This document shows positions 50,001 through 62,144 of a DNA stretch of 64,000 nucleotides, piece after piece. The DNA is from Daphnia carinata (taxonomy: Eukaryota): the NCBI RefSeq assembly GCF_022539665.2, contig NC_081331.1, positions 1,798,001 to 1,862,000 of the forward strand. Direction: 5' to 3'. The notes under the pieces are model-generated. The model searched no databases, was not told the origin of the DNA, and saw nothing but the letters and a program-made list of their open reading frames with translations. Both the position numbers and the translations under genes were made by a program. The first letter of the stretch is position 1, and every line of letters starts with the position of its first letter.

Positions 50001-51420
50001 GTAGCAGAGCACAAAGTTGTTATCTAAACATTTGCCCATCGCTAATCGATGAAAGAAACGGAAAGAAGAGGTGAAGAAGATAGTAATAGGGAACACCTAC
50101 GTCACAAACTTTCTCTAGAAACGGCTTTCCATAACACCTGGGCATATCCGGATGCGACCTCCTTTTGCTGTCTCTGCCCAGGTAGTCTATATATAATATC
50201 CGTTTTCTGCTTTCTCTTCTTTTCACCGTGCCCCGGGAGTTTGTTGAACTTGTCTATCACTGATTTATGATGGATGATGCAAGTTTTTGCGGAAGTATCC
50301 AACGAAGAAAAGCGTTCGGCTTTCTCACGTTACATTTAAAGGTAACGCATATGCCACCTTTGGCAATCCCGTCGCGTTCCTTTTCTCGCCTTTTGTTTCT
50401 CAGGAAAAGTGTAAAATGATTGACATTTGACACTTCTTGGTAAATCGTGCAAGTTTAAAATTTTGAATACTGAAAAGGATTGACACCGTATTCGGTTATT
50501 CATATGTTTTTTCGCGCTATCGTTTTTCAAAAGGAACATTGGACAAGCGAATAACACTTACAAGCTGATACATTTAGTACATGGTGTTGTCAATTGCCGA
50601 CTGTAAAATGACAGTGACGGCTTTGTTTGAAATGAATATATCTGCAGGTGTCTCACTTAAGTCAGTTGTCCGTTTCATGGCTAACATTATGACGGTACTA
50701 GTGACGAGAGAGGTCGAATGTCTGGTTTTCATTTAAATACACAGCTGCAGCAAAAATAAGCCCTTGCATTTGAAAGGCTAATTCACCGTTTTCCATCACG
50801 GAAATTGAGATACTGGAGGCCATCGTTATTAATCAGCATTTTTTCTGGTCTTTTGCTTTTTCCAGACGGAGCCGCCCTTTACCGCGCCTTTTTACTCCGC
50901 GAATTCAGCAATGAAAACCTGGAATTTTGGCTAGCTTGCGAAGAGTATAAAAACTCTAAACCGCAAAAACTTTCCGCTAGAGCGCAAAAAATCTACAATG
51001 ATTTTGTGGCCGTTCAAGCAACCAAAGAAGTATGTTTTGTAATCTTGGCCTGCTCTACTTTTTATTTTCGACTTCCACGAAAAATCTTTAACTTTCAGTT
51101 AAATTTTTTTTTTTTTTTTTTCTCAATCAGTTCAAGGATAGATAATGTTTCGCACATTACTAACCTACTCCCGTTTTTCTTATCTCTTGCCATAGGTCAA
51201 TTTGGATGCCGAAACGAGGCTCATCACATTGACCAATGTTCAATCGAATAACCCAGACCTTCATGCGTTTGACCGCGCTCAAAGGCGAATCCAACACATG
51301 ATGGAGCGCGATTCTTATTTACGCTTTCTCCAGTCGGAACTTTTTCTTGAGCTTCTCCACCCGGAACGCTATCCAGCATCTTCCGGTGACGTTTCAGACA
51401 AGTCATCTTCAGCTCCGTAA
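23069..51420 (+). CDS. RGS3: PH-domain + RGS-domain protein (regulator of G-protein signaling, RGS3/R4-like); about 1,065 aa reconstructed, 5' end unresolved
   Basis: 21 exons splice in one open frame (3198 nt): 23069-23263 (GC donor), 24738-24836, 25337-25459, 25617-25706, 25799-25930, 26031-26156, 27096-27180, 27853-27997, 28190-28619, 32363-32511, 32771-32981, 38914-39025, 39132-39215, 39821-39975, 40220-40276, 40490-40625, 40719-40957, 44200-44312, 48469-48596, 50866-51029, 51196-51420. A phase-0 exon at 24026-24091 is optional. The RGS and PH exons are well supported; the linker exons rest on splice signals and phase consistency only. Confidence 0.65.
26031..27997 (+). other. PH domain coding exons
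   Basis: [32 protein letters not shown] | [22 protein letters not shown]... | PSFRLVY...[22 protein letters not shown]. Shows the LFxDxLL strand typical of PH domains that follow DH domains, and the C-terminal helix with the conserved Trp. Confidence 0.75.
48156..48316 (+). CDS. Candidate alternative first coding exon of a short RGS-only isoform
   Basis: ATG 48156 ([20 protein letters not shown]...FFQYFK) ends at phase-2 donor CG|GTCAGT, matching the phase-2 acceptor at 48469 ([14 protein letters not shown]). A TA-repeat/TATA-like tract lies at 47978-47993. Confidence 0.55.
48469..51420 (+). CDS. RGS domain exons (G-alpha GAP domain)
   Basis: Exons 48469-48596, 50866-51029 and 51196-51420 give [50 protein letters not shown]...[24 protein letters not shown]...[26 protein letters not shown]. 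The EN, EVNLD (catalytic Asn) and DSYxRF motifs are intact. Confidence 0.95.
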
Positions 51421-52606
51421 AAAAACAAAACAACAACAGGAAAAAAAAAAGGCACCAGCTACAGCTAGCCCACCAACCCAAACAAACAAATAGAGCGCTG
51501 TAGAGGCTGGAAAACCGGGCACTGAACCGATGCAAGAGAAAGAATACTTTTTTGTTTTATTTTTGGTTTTGGTTGGCTTTCGCCCCTTTGGCGTCATCGT
51601 CCGTCACGTTCTATTTTCGAATCGTATCTTCTCACAGCAGAGCTGTACTGTGATATTACTGCTCCCGTGTCCTGGTTCTGCAACCCTTCATTTTTATGGT
51701 TACCCCTCTTTTCGTTTCCCCGATATTTATTTACTGGAAAGAAAAACAGCGGTGTCCACTAATGTACATAAAGACAGACGTATTATCGTAATTCCTTTTT
51801 GGAATGGCAGTGCTGACTCAGAAGACTCGTTGACCAAAGGGTCTAAACGGACTAACCAAATGTTTCGCAATTTTTTCAACCAGTTTTCCTTTTCATTTTT
51901 TGTTGTTGTTAAATTCGATTTTTTCAAATGTTGACTTTCAACAACACGAATCACTCGCAGACACACACGGGAAAGGAAAAGAAACTATTCGAAACACCTA
52001 CATAACGAATCCGGATATCCGGATAGATCTCCTGTTTTCGTCACTTTTCAACGCCGACTCCCGCTCCCGATTTTTCGATTTTCCGAAACCCAATTGAGCT
52101 GTGCTGCTGTTGGCTTGGGGCGATTCGCGAGTCTGATGACGTCACTTGAGCCCTATATACCGTCATATTGTCTTAAAATGCATACATCTATATACAGTCT
52201 AGATGCAGTATATATTTATCAAACGCTTTGCTTTCGTAATTACTGATGATGTGTGTTACTATATTTTGTGTCCGATGGTCGAAAGAATTTAGGGCACCAT
52301 TCCATGATGCCGTTACAACTAGTCGTCTCACTAGCACCTAACCAAACATCATTTCTCGCCAACGTCTTCTTTTTATTTATTAAAGAATGAGGCTAGAACA
52401 GCTGTTAATTTTTTCATATCGATGACCCCCCACATCCCCTTGCTCCACCCCAAAAAAACAACCATCCCGATGCTAGTACTGATGTCTGTTTTGTCCAAGT
52501 TCGTTTCTTTTTCTAGTCTGATGAACTGCGTTTTTGCTACCACAATTTGATACAAAGACGGATACACTGAATCACCTCGATCAGTTATTGAAAAATTTGA
52601 ATTCTA

Positions 52607-52669
52607 AATAAATGAATAAATTTATATATCTATACATGCATACCTTGTATCCATCATGTAAGTAATAAA
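52607..52669 (+). terminator. Candidate poly(A) signals of the RGS transcript
   Basis: Three AATAAA (52607, 52615, 52664), about 1.2 kb after TAA 51420. Confidence 0.5.
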
Positions 52670-55600
52670 AATGTCTTGACGAGATTGCAATTTAACGAGG
52701 GACGCTTAAACACTGTACAAAGGTTGTTTCTCTTGTAGCGTGTCCTTCGGTTTTCTTGATATCGATCGAATCTTTCACTTCGAACGCAATGCGTCGATTT
52801 TTCCGCTCAGTTGATTACAACTGTCTGCCAGCGCGCGTTGCTCAGATGTCTGGGCTAATAACCAAGCACAAACATGCATCCCAGCAAACTGGGTCGAGGT
52901 TGTAGTTGTTGCACAGTTTGGTTATGTTGTAGACTATTCTTTCAAATCCTTTCCCAGCAAGTAGCTACCCGTCTCTCCGGACGTCCGATTCTAGTGTACA
53001 CGTATGTCCTCCAGACAGGCAGTAAATTCAGGGTTCGGGTAAGATGAGATGCCTTGCCGGTAAGGAATGACGTAAACAAGCATGACTACGGTACAATGTG
53101 GATTACCCAAAGAGGTTGCAAAAATTGGTTGATACATCATTTTTCTTTTATTTGCTTTTTTTTTTCAAATTGGATAAGACACAAACAAAACCTGATAGCA
53201 AATAACACACACAACGGGGGAAGCTTGCGGCCAAGCGGACATCAGGTTTTGAACGAACCATGAATCACGCACGATATGTAGCTGACGTGATGAAGAATCT
53301 TCGCCTCCATTGCACTTGTCGTTTGTTTTATTTCATTTTTGTTGCTTCATCCTCACATAAAAAGAGCCAACAAGAAAGTATGCAACACAGTTAGGGAGAG
53401 GAAAAAAAAACACGCTAGAATCGACTGTGATGAACGTAGTGATAAGAGGATTATATGGCGCGTGCGGTGTTCCGAAGGCCAACGGGATCGTTTGTAAGGG
53501 AAACCGCTTACACGTGTGCTTTCTCTTAAAGTAACAAGTTAGTAAGCAATTCTGGAGAAATTGAAGGACAGAAGAAGACAGAGAAAATACACTGAGGTGG
53601 AAACAAGTTCGTATCTCAATGCACAGAACTAATGACAGAAAAAGGAAAGTAATTTCTTCGAACACGGATATCTAGTGAGCTTTTATCGGTTATCGGTTTC
53701 CGGTGTTTTTCTAAAATTTCAGATATTGCCTGAATTTTAACGATCTTTTTTCGTGCCATTTCGCGTTTCATCATCTTCTTTATGGGTCGCAGCTGTTCTA
53801 AGACGTACCCCTCATCTCGCCTCAAAGCGCTTTGCGAGAGTTTTCACCTAAAGCACACCTTTAACCTTCAAACTTCGTCACGATATGGCGGCTGTCTCTC
53901 TCTTTACACGCATTTACGTCGCGTTCTCGATATAAGCGCGTCCTTCTAGCTTCTACGAATCGAATTGACAGGCAATTAAACCTGATGTTTATGACTTTGA
54001 GGCACTCCTAATGGCATCTTTCTCACTTTCCTTTATTATTTGGTACCATCGTTTCGATTTACTTTTTTACTTTTCGCAGGCAACTACCCTCTTTTAACGT
54101 CTCTTGCTTGATCAGACACAGAAACAGTGTACTTGCAGGCATATAAATTACAAGTAGAAGACGGAAATTAAAAAAAAAGAAAAGATTTGGAATTGGTTTT
54201 TGTTGGGTGATAAGTGGAGGCCGATAGTGTCTAGAAAATAAGAGGTAAGCGAACTCGAGATCCTTAACAGTTGACAATCCGTTCCTCCTAAATCAAACGA
54301 CATGAAGGACTTGATCACCATGGTGATATCAAGCCGGCAGTTGATCAAATAAAGAAGTCTAAAACAGACACGCATCATCGCGAAAGCACACCATTGATAA
54401 CAAATTCTGTATCCTTTATAGAAAAAGCTTTATCTCTTTTCGTTCATATCAAATCAATGTCTCCGACTGAACACAGCGGAAGCAACAAAGAAAGACTATA
54501 GTTGTGTGGAACGTGCAAAACGTCTTTCACCTTCGAGATTAATCAATATCATTATTGCTGTCTTCCTTTTTACCCTTGTTGACTTTGGCATGACTTTGAG
54601 GAGAACGCTTTTCTTTTCCGTAGGAAGACAAAGATAAAAGATAAATACTTGTGTAAGATGGTTAGTTACATTTTTGGTAGCTGACCTGTGCCACCTTAGC
54701 TTTAAATGCTGAAAAGGAAAGATAACGCTCGTATTGTACGTTCCGGATTTTGATTTTCAAGCTAGTCTTTCAACATCAGAAATTAGGAGGTCGTCATGGA
54801 AAAAGCGATGCCACGTGAATAGTCCGGTCACGCGTGCGGTCAAGCATAGATGACGGAAAAAAGGGAAACCCACATTACACCAACGGCTGAACTCACGTAA
54901 CCCTTATTTAAGTAACATGCAATTCAATGTGTATCAATAGGTCAGGTGGTTTTCGTTAACATGATCAAGAGCCGTTAGCTGTGCGTTATACCATTAATCG
55001 GAAAACTATTAAAACTGTTACCGACACGTTTCTTTCTGTCACGTGAACGTTAAGCGCCGCAGAAAAAAAAGGAGAACCATACAGTTGCAATGTATTGGTT
55101 TAAAAGCAATTCCGTTTCCTCTGGAAGGTGCTATAGCTTTTTAAATTCCTCAGCGGGTGCAACAGGCACAACATCTGCGAAAATATTTAAAAATTGAGAG
55201 CTTGTCACGTTTAAAGAAAGTTTTGAATATTTCTCAAAAGGATGGCCGTCTGAAACCATGAGCAAGCGCACGGTGTAGAGTAGACGTATTGACGGGAAGA
55301 ACGTATAAAAAGAAACTTCTGAAAATGAAGAAACGAAAGCTTCATGGAAGTAAAAGAAACTTCATTATCTCAATTGTGGGGAAACGAACCTTTTTTCCCT
55401 CCCTTTTATTTTTGTCGTCTAGAATGCAAGCCGAGCGTGATTACCGTGTGGTCTAGTTTTCTATTTCAACGTGACAAAATGGCTTCTTCGGGCCGCACGC
55501 AGTGAACTTGTGAACAATTGCTGACGCCAAGCCTATACCAATTGTACAATACAACAAAACCAGCCATTTGAAAATTCAACTGAAATAAAATAAAGGACGA

Positions 55601-56910
55601 TTCAATGGTTTAGAAAAACTCAAAACGTTGGATGAAATTCTGAGAAGTGGTTTCTCTTGCAAAAAAAGAATAATAATAAAAATAATAAATGTTGAGCCGG
55701 TTAGCTCGAACCGTTCAATATTATCTTCAATTTGGGGTAACAGACCTAACGGATGGAATTACTGTTCATGCATCAGCGTTTTTTAAATTAAGAGCACACG
55801 AATATAATTAAAGAATCAACTCGTTGTACGCGCACCAATATATTGTTTACGTTTTGCTCCAGCACAACCTGACCTGCAAATATGGAAGTAAAGAGCACAT
55901 TTATTTAATTTGCGTACGCAAATGAAGAAAAGACCCTGAGAAGTCGCTAAACATCCTCGGTGTTAATCTCTGAAAAAGGTGCTAAACTTCTCCATCTCTG
56001 TCTTTTTAGCAATGCGTTACTCGTTTATTGATATAAAAGTCTCTATTTCACAATTCTAACCGAGCAAAATACAGGGTGATATTTAAATACAAACCTTGAT
56101 TTGCCACTTGTCAAACTGTCGCAGACGGGCTTTAGGGAAGCAAGAAGAACATTTGAGGGGAACCAGTCTTGACAGCGATCTCATTTTACGTTACTTGACG
56201 GCCAATTGTAACAAATGTTACGGGCAAGAATCGGGCGTCAACATGTGTAAAACGTACGAATGACAAGGTCTCCTTCCGTTCCTGATTGTTAAATGACATC
56301 GCGAAATGACATACTATTTTTTTCAGGGCTACAACATAAAGATTTAAATCGGCTAGACAGCTACAACCCGTTACGTTTTCTTTCTTTCTTTGCGTTTTCT
56401 AGATCGTTTCCATCGAAACCGAAAAATTCGTTTCTTTTCAAGGTTCCATCTGGAGTACAATTTATATTAGGCACTATGGCTACAGTAAAAATGTGGTGTG
56501 ATTTTCTAAACAAGTAGGTGTTTTTTCATTTGATGGTAAAAGACAACATATGCTGCTCAAAAGGGTAATTTCAGCAATGGAACAAATTTAAAAAAATAAA
56601 AATATAAAGAATTTCGAGGTTGCGGAAGTCTAAGCAAAAAGTATGTCAGATGCTGTTTAGCCCTCGTCTTTAGACTGACAGCATTTTTGTTTTCGTTTCC
56701 CTTGACTAAATTGCTTATTTGGCAGGTTACCTTTTTATCAAAATGGTACTTAGATAACGTAGTGGTATCTAGATGGAATTGCCCCGAATCCCTCTACTGG
56801 CTTCCCCAGTTATTTTTGCTGATGCCTGCAAATATAATGAAGATTAGATATGTTTAGTAGTTCGACTGTAGAGTGAACCAAATTTTCCTGGTTTCTGTGT
56901 CAGTGTCAAA

Positions 56911-59038
56911 ATGCCCGTCTTATTACTTGAGCGATTACCTCTCCCGAGTTTGGAAGCCTACGCGGTTGTCAGTGTTTCCCTCCTGGGCTGGTCTCTTCAC
57001 TACGCAGCAGAAAAGACTCTTAACCCTTCATGGAGAATGCAGTTTGTCGAAACGAGAAACATCAGCCAAGATACTCCAAATACGCTGCAAGTGTACATTT
57101 CAACTATCTTGTCCCGTTACTGGCTAAGTTCCAGAGCTCAAGATATTGTTTCGTTTTCAATCCATGACAGTTTATGCATTTGGGTAAGAAAATACTGTTT
57201 ATTTTGTTACATTTTCATAAAAAGATTTTAATCACTTCTTCATATACTGACCTTATTTTCAGACTGTTGTCAACATGGCTTACTGCATTCTCGTACTATT
57301 TGGGAACTGGCTCCAGAAACAAGTATTTGGTGAGCTAAGAGTATCAGAACTTCAGCATATCAAAGACAAGTTCTGGAACTTTGTGTTCTATAAATTCATT
57401 TTTATATTTGGCATCATAAATGTTCAAAGCATGGAAGGTGTGATATTGTGGGGGTCCTGGTTTTCTGTAATTGGTTTCTTACACATCCACGCTCAACTAT
57501 GCCAGGACAGATTTGAATACGTAACTGGTTTCTGTCTACTTTAATCTTCAATAGGTTTTGGAATTATACTAATCTTTTGCTTGCCCGAATCTAGTTATCA
57601 ATGACTCCTTGTACCCCTTGGCATCGGCATTTTCGCCTGCTCATCCTCTTAGGATTGATACTGCTCTCATCAGGCGTACTATTTTTGGTTTGTCTCGCTG
57701 TTGGTCAACGGGCCGGATGGATAACTTTCGCCTTGGTGGCTCCGGAATGTGTATTGTTGGCTTTACGTACCAGCCATGTCATCGCCCGATACGTCCTCTA
57801 CCTGCAGTCTTTTCAGCCCCCTGTTCATCAGCTCTCTCAAGGTTACTTGAGTTGCGCATTTGCAACAAAGACTCTCGATGTGCACAAACATCTGACGATT
57901 GTTGATCGTACGTACTGATCATAGGGTGGAGTCCTACATCGTACTACGTGGAATTGGCGGTGGAGATCTCATGCCTGGTCGTGGATTTGGCACATCACGT
58001 AAGAAACATAATGTATTAGTTTAAGGTGGCTGAATATTTGTTTTTTTTTTCTGAATTTATTCAGATCCACATGCTTCTACGAGCGAATATGCTGCTTTCC
58101 ATGGCATCTTTGGTCATTTTCATGCAATTGCGAGTGCTGTATGAACAGCTGTGTGGTCGACTTCGCCGTCACGGAAATTATCGGCGAATGCTGCAAATTG
58201 TGCAGACAAGTTGTCCTCTGGAACGACGTTACTTCGAACTCGAGTCTGAGTGGGAGGATAACAAATGTGCCATTTGTTGGGAAGCAGCCGCCGTTGCCAG
58301 GCGACTTCCATGTGGCCACCACTTTCATCATGGTATTGAAAATGCTGAGCAAACGTTTTTCTTGAAATCACGAAAGACGTCCGTGTCTTGCATATAATGC
58401 ATAATAGGCTGTCTGCTACATTGGCTGGAGCAGGATCCCACTTGTCCAACATGTCGACGTCAGTTGTTGGAAGATGATTCCAAAAACGGGATCACTGGTT
58501 TGCAATCCCGATCCCGTGATAATGCAAGTTTCACATCTTGGACGAGTTGGAGTCGATTGTTGCAACAAAATGCCGATGCTTCCCTAGGATCAGCTTCAGA
58601 AAACTCTCAATTGGAAGCTTTAGCTGAACAGGTATGAGAAAAAGAATTAATTTTAAAAAATTATTCTTTACGTACACTTTCAATGCTGGTATGTAGGTAC
58701 ATCAGATGTTTCCCGACTATTCTTTCGGAGTTCTTGTAGATGACCTGCGGCAAACAGGCTCACTCGATTTGACTGTTGAGAATATCTTGGATGGACGTCT
58801 GCTTCCGACGCTTCCTAGCTTCCAGCAAGAACCTAGTCTTTTAACATTGCCTACGTTCCCAACGAAAGAAGGTAATTCTTGCGACTCCTCTGAGGATTCG
58901 GATAAAATTTTTGTCGATGATCCCAATGAAAGACAAAAAGTCCTTCATTTTCGTAAGCACGATTTGATTGAAGAAGCTAGAAGTCGTTTTCTGCAAAGAC
59001 AAGTCGTCAATAGTGTTTCCCCTAACCTTGAAAGTTGA
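56911..59038 (+). CDS. AMFR: E3 ubiquitin-protein ligase AMFR/gp78 (ERAD): TM region, RING-H2, CUE, G2BR
   Basis: Exons 56911-57183, 57263-57520, 57595-57841, 57925-57998, 58065-58332, 58408-58631, 58697-59038. N-terminus MPVLLLERLPLPSL; FGELRVSELQHIKDKFWNFVFYKFIFIFG; DRFEYLS; RING-H2 CAICWE...[36 protein letters not shown]...DDLRQTGSLDLTVENILDGRL; G2BR-like ERQKVLHFRKHDLIEEARSRFL. Confidence 0.93.
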
Positions 59039-59681
59039 TCCGTACGTGATTCTTTGTTCTGGTTACCCGTTTTCTTTCAGTTCCCAAGTTTTTAACGTAA
59101 TGAAACAACATGTCTTCTTGTCCAGTTTGCATGCATAGCCATCCACGCGTAGTTCGGGCCTTTTTTTGTGGGAAAAGATGAACAACGAAGCGTTCGCTTG
59201 ATTGCAGTCGCACCCGAATGATGGAATTCGTTCTGCATTACCTAGTCCAATCACAGACTGCTCACAAGGGCATACTACTGTGATTTTACTAAAACTGGTG
59301 TGCAACCTATTTTATAACGGCCCAGTTTTTGTAGAAAGTTGTTGAAGGGAAAGGTTGATTTAAAACGACCATCAGACGAGCGATTTAAAGTTTTTCTTTA
59401 TTATCTGAGTTTAGTTTCATAACAGCGGCGTTATGGTTTGTAATAAACCGCAGCCTTTAACGCAAATAAAAGATTTCTCTCAAGTTCTGTAGGAACATTC
59501 TGGCTGATGTTCACTAGACGTCAATCATGAGGTATCCCCCAGTTTTACTTATATAGAAACTCTTTGCCTTTTAGTCAAGATCGGTATGTGTTTAATTATG
59601 TCAACAGTGCCTTAACAAGGTCGTCCGCGGTTAATGTTGGTTTTCCAAAATTTAAATTAAACCAAAATGTACAGGAAGGTG

Positions 59682-61666
59682 TTACGCAGAAGCGTTTTTA
59701 GTTTCCGTAACTTCTATCCGTTGACGTTTGGCATATGCATTGATACGCTCTTCCAAACTTTCTACAAAATGTATAACTTGAATTCGTGAAGTTAAAAAAA
59801 AAAACTATACTTGAATATATAATACCGCATTTCTGCCTTTTCATTAGTGGCAGGTACGTTTTAGGCTCAATTCCCTGAACCAGTCCTTTTAGCTGATTTT
59901 CGATTTTGATGCCTGCTAATTTTTCGAGATTTTCTAGCATTTCTCTTAGCATTGTTGCCCTGTGGTAAACAATGCAACAATAATCACATCTAATCGTTTT
60001 GTTTTTTCTTTACATACTTGACCATATTTTCTGTCCAAAGCATCTGATAACCGCTTATAACATATTGAAGAGTTTCCCCGTCATAAATCCATTGGCAATC
60101 CTCATCAGAATAGGTGCAGGAAAATAGATTGAGTGGTACTTCAGACGCCATGCCATACTGTGGTTTTCTGCAGGATTCATGAAAAAGTTATTTCGAACAC
60201 GACAAAAAACAAAGATGGCAGAACCAATCTTACCGTGGATTAGATTCGACATCAAGTAATTCCTGGATAATTGTAGCCTCTTCTTTGCCTTGTCCAACTA
60301 AAAAAAGTATCGCCACAATGCATCTAACTTGATGCCAAAGGAATGCTTGTCCTTTTAATTCCAAACGGATCATCGAATAACTATCCGCTGAATTATCGAT
60401 TGCATCAATTTGAATATCCATTATTCGTCGATGAAATTTAACAACACCATTGCCAACGTCCATTTTACAAAAATTGCGAAAGTCGTGCTCTCCGATAAGG
60501 TATTGTGCGGCCACTCTCATCTTCTGCATGTATAAAACATTATTTTAAAAAAAATTCCCCTAAATTGTGTAGAATCTACCTGAATGTCAAGATTGGCCAT
60601 GGGGAAATAGTAGTGATAAATTCTTTGGCGGCAGTCAAAGCGGGCACTCAGAGTTTTATTAACTGGTGCCCATGCCACCACCCTGATTTCAGGGGGAAGT
60701 ACCTTATTAAGTATGCCAACATAGGCAATTTCATCAGTGTTCCCCACTTTAGCTTGATGGCCATCTGGTACAAAAACTCCTTTGCCATCTGATAAATTTG
60801 ACCGGAGATCAAGAGACACTGCCTGGATATTGTAGGTAACTTAAATCAATGAGAAAATAGTAATAACACTGAATAACAGGAAAACTATGTACCTGCCCAA
60901 ACGAACTGACTCCTAGTTAAGGGTAAAAGAAACAAAAATAATAATAATAAAACAGTAAGTAATCCTTTTAGTTTCCAATCACTATCAATGGTTTTACCTT
61001 TATCAGTTCTCCCACATCTAATGTTCAATATAATAAGAAATATTGTAAAAAAAAAAAAAAAAATGAAATAATCAACACACATAAAAAATTACCTGTGGTA
61101 ATTGCTTGTTTCACGGCTCTCTACAAGCCGTGTTTTTTCTAAGGCTTTAAACAACTCTGCTTCAATAGTTTTTTCTGTGTGTTCTTGTACAACGAAACCA
61201 GCATAGTCCCATCCAATATATGCCTGGTAGAAACAAAAATTTATGTTTATGTTCTAAATAAAATAATGTGATGTAACATTGATTACCACTTGTAGCAGCA
61301 CATGTCTCTTGGCATATCTGTAAAAAAAAATTTTGTTAAAAAATTTATTCAAAACATCAGCAAACTACTGACACTATTGTGTGATTGCTATTATTATACT
61401 TTTTATGGTCAAACACTTTAGAGCCAGATTTATTGTCCTGTTTATTTAAAGTGAGTTTAGGCTTCAGCAAATTTCTTAGTTGAGTAACATGTGACTCTAG
61501 TTGTTGGATACGCGCAATAAGTTCCTTAAAAACAAAATAAAAATCCGTAATGATATTTTGCTTTACTGTAAACAAAGAAATCGGCACATTTTACTTCTTT
61601 CGACAGTGTGTGAAGATCTTGAGTTTCTCGTGCTACACGAGGGTTAATAATTTTGATATTTGACAT
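59682..61666 (-). CDS. PUS3: tRNA pseudouridine(38/39) synthase, TruA family
   Basis: Eleven exons: 61666-61595, 61524-61400, 61317-61287, 61223-61093, 61017-60998, 60912-60893, 60822-60580, 60523-60234, 60167-60018, 59959-59826, 59761-59682. Motifs AYIGWDYAGF, NYHRCGRTDKGVSSFGQ (catalytic Asp), LNKVLPPEIRV, SARFDCRQRIYHY, GEHDFRNFCKMD, GQAFLWHQVRCIV, RKPQYGMASEVPL. Ends CESLEERINAYAKRQRIEVTETKNASA*. Confidence 0.93.
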
Positions 61667-61889
61667 GTTGATTTCCTTCTCAGCTCGCGTGGTATTTGAA
61701 ACTTGTAGACTAGGCGGCAAGTACAGGACTGTGCTTTGAGTCTAAGGTCGAAGATAAAAAGTTCGGCTGCAATGATCCAATGATATCGGCCTTTTTTCTG
61801 TTTTATTGCTATCGCCATCTACCGGTCACGTTTCTAGTTAATTCTCTACATACACTGACCGACAAAAATTTTAAGCCCGACTAAATAAG

Positions 61890-61949
61890 TATGGCAATCC
61901 GTTTTATATGGCAATCCGTTTTACTATGGCAATATGGCAATCCGTTTTA
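61890..61949. repeat. Short tandem repeat TATGGCAATCCGTTTTA x3 plus a partial unit
   Basis: Full units at 61890, 61907 and 61933; partial TATGGCAA at 61925. Lies between the PUS3 start and the next + strand ORF. Confidence 0.85.
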
Positions 61950-62144
61950 CATAAAAAAAAAAAAAAAAAAATGGCGGAAAAAAAAAAAAAATTCGCATTT
62001 TTTCTCTTTTTTCTACCCGTAGCCATCTATCAGTCGGTTTCGTTATTACAGGCATGTAAGCAATTTGAGTTAATTGTATCCCATTAGCAGTTAATTGAGT
62101 AGCGTGGCTGGAGAACAACGCGTGGCTGGAGGAACAATTGAAAA

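Larger units (their letters stand above)
31559..52144. promoter_or_regulatory. Dispersed cluster of 11 full CRE palindromes (TGACGTCA)
   Basis: TGACGTCA starts at 31559, 32146, 33595, 35563, 37848, 41203, 41555, 41877, 43138, 49580 and 52137. All are intronic or in the 3' UTR of the RGS half. The sites are seen directly; function is inferred. Confidence 0.6.

Noticed and set aside
59698..59952. ORF-track stop at 59698 as the PUS3 end
   Set aside because: That ORF reads through the intron at 59762-59825; the spliced frame ends at TAA 59682-59684.
61890..61949. Repeat array as CRISPR-like
   Set aside because: Units are adjacent with no spacers, there are no cas genes, and the context is eukaryotic.
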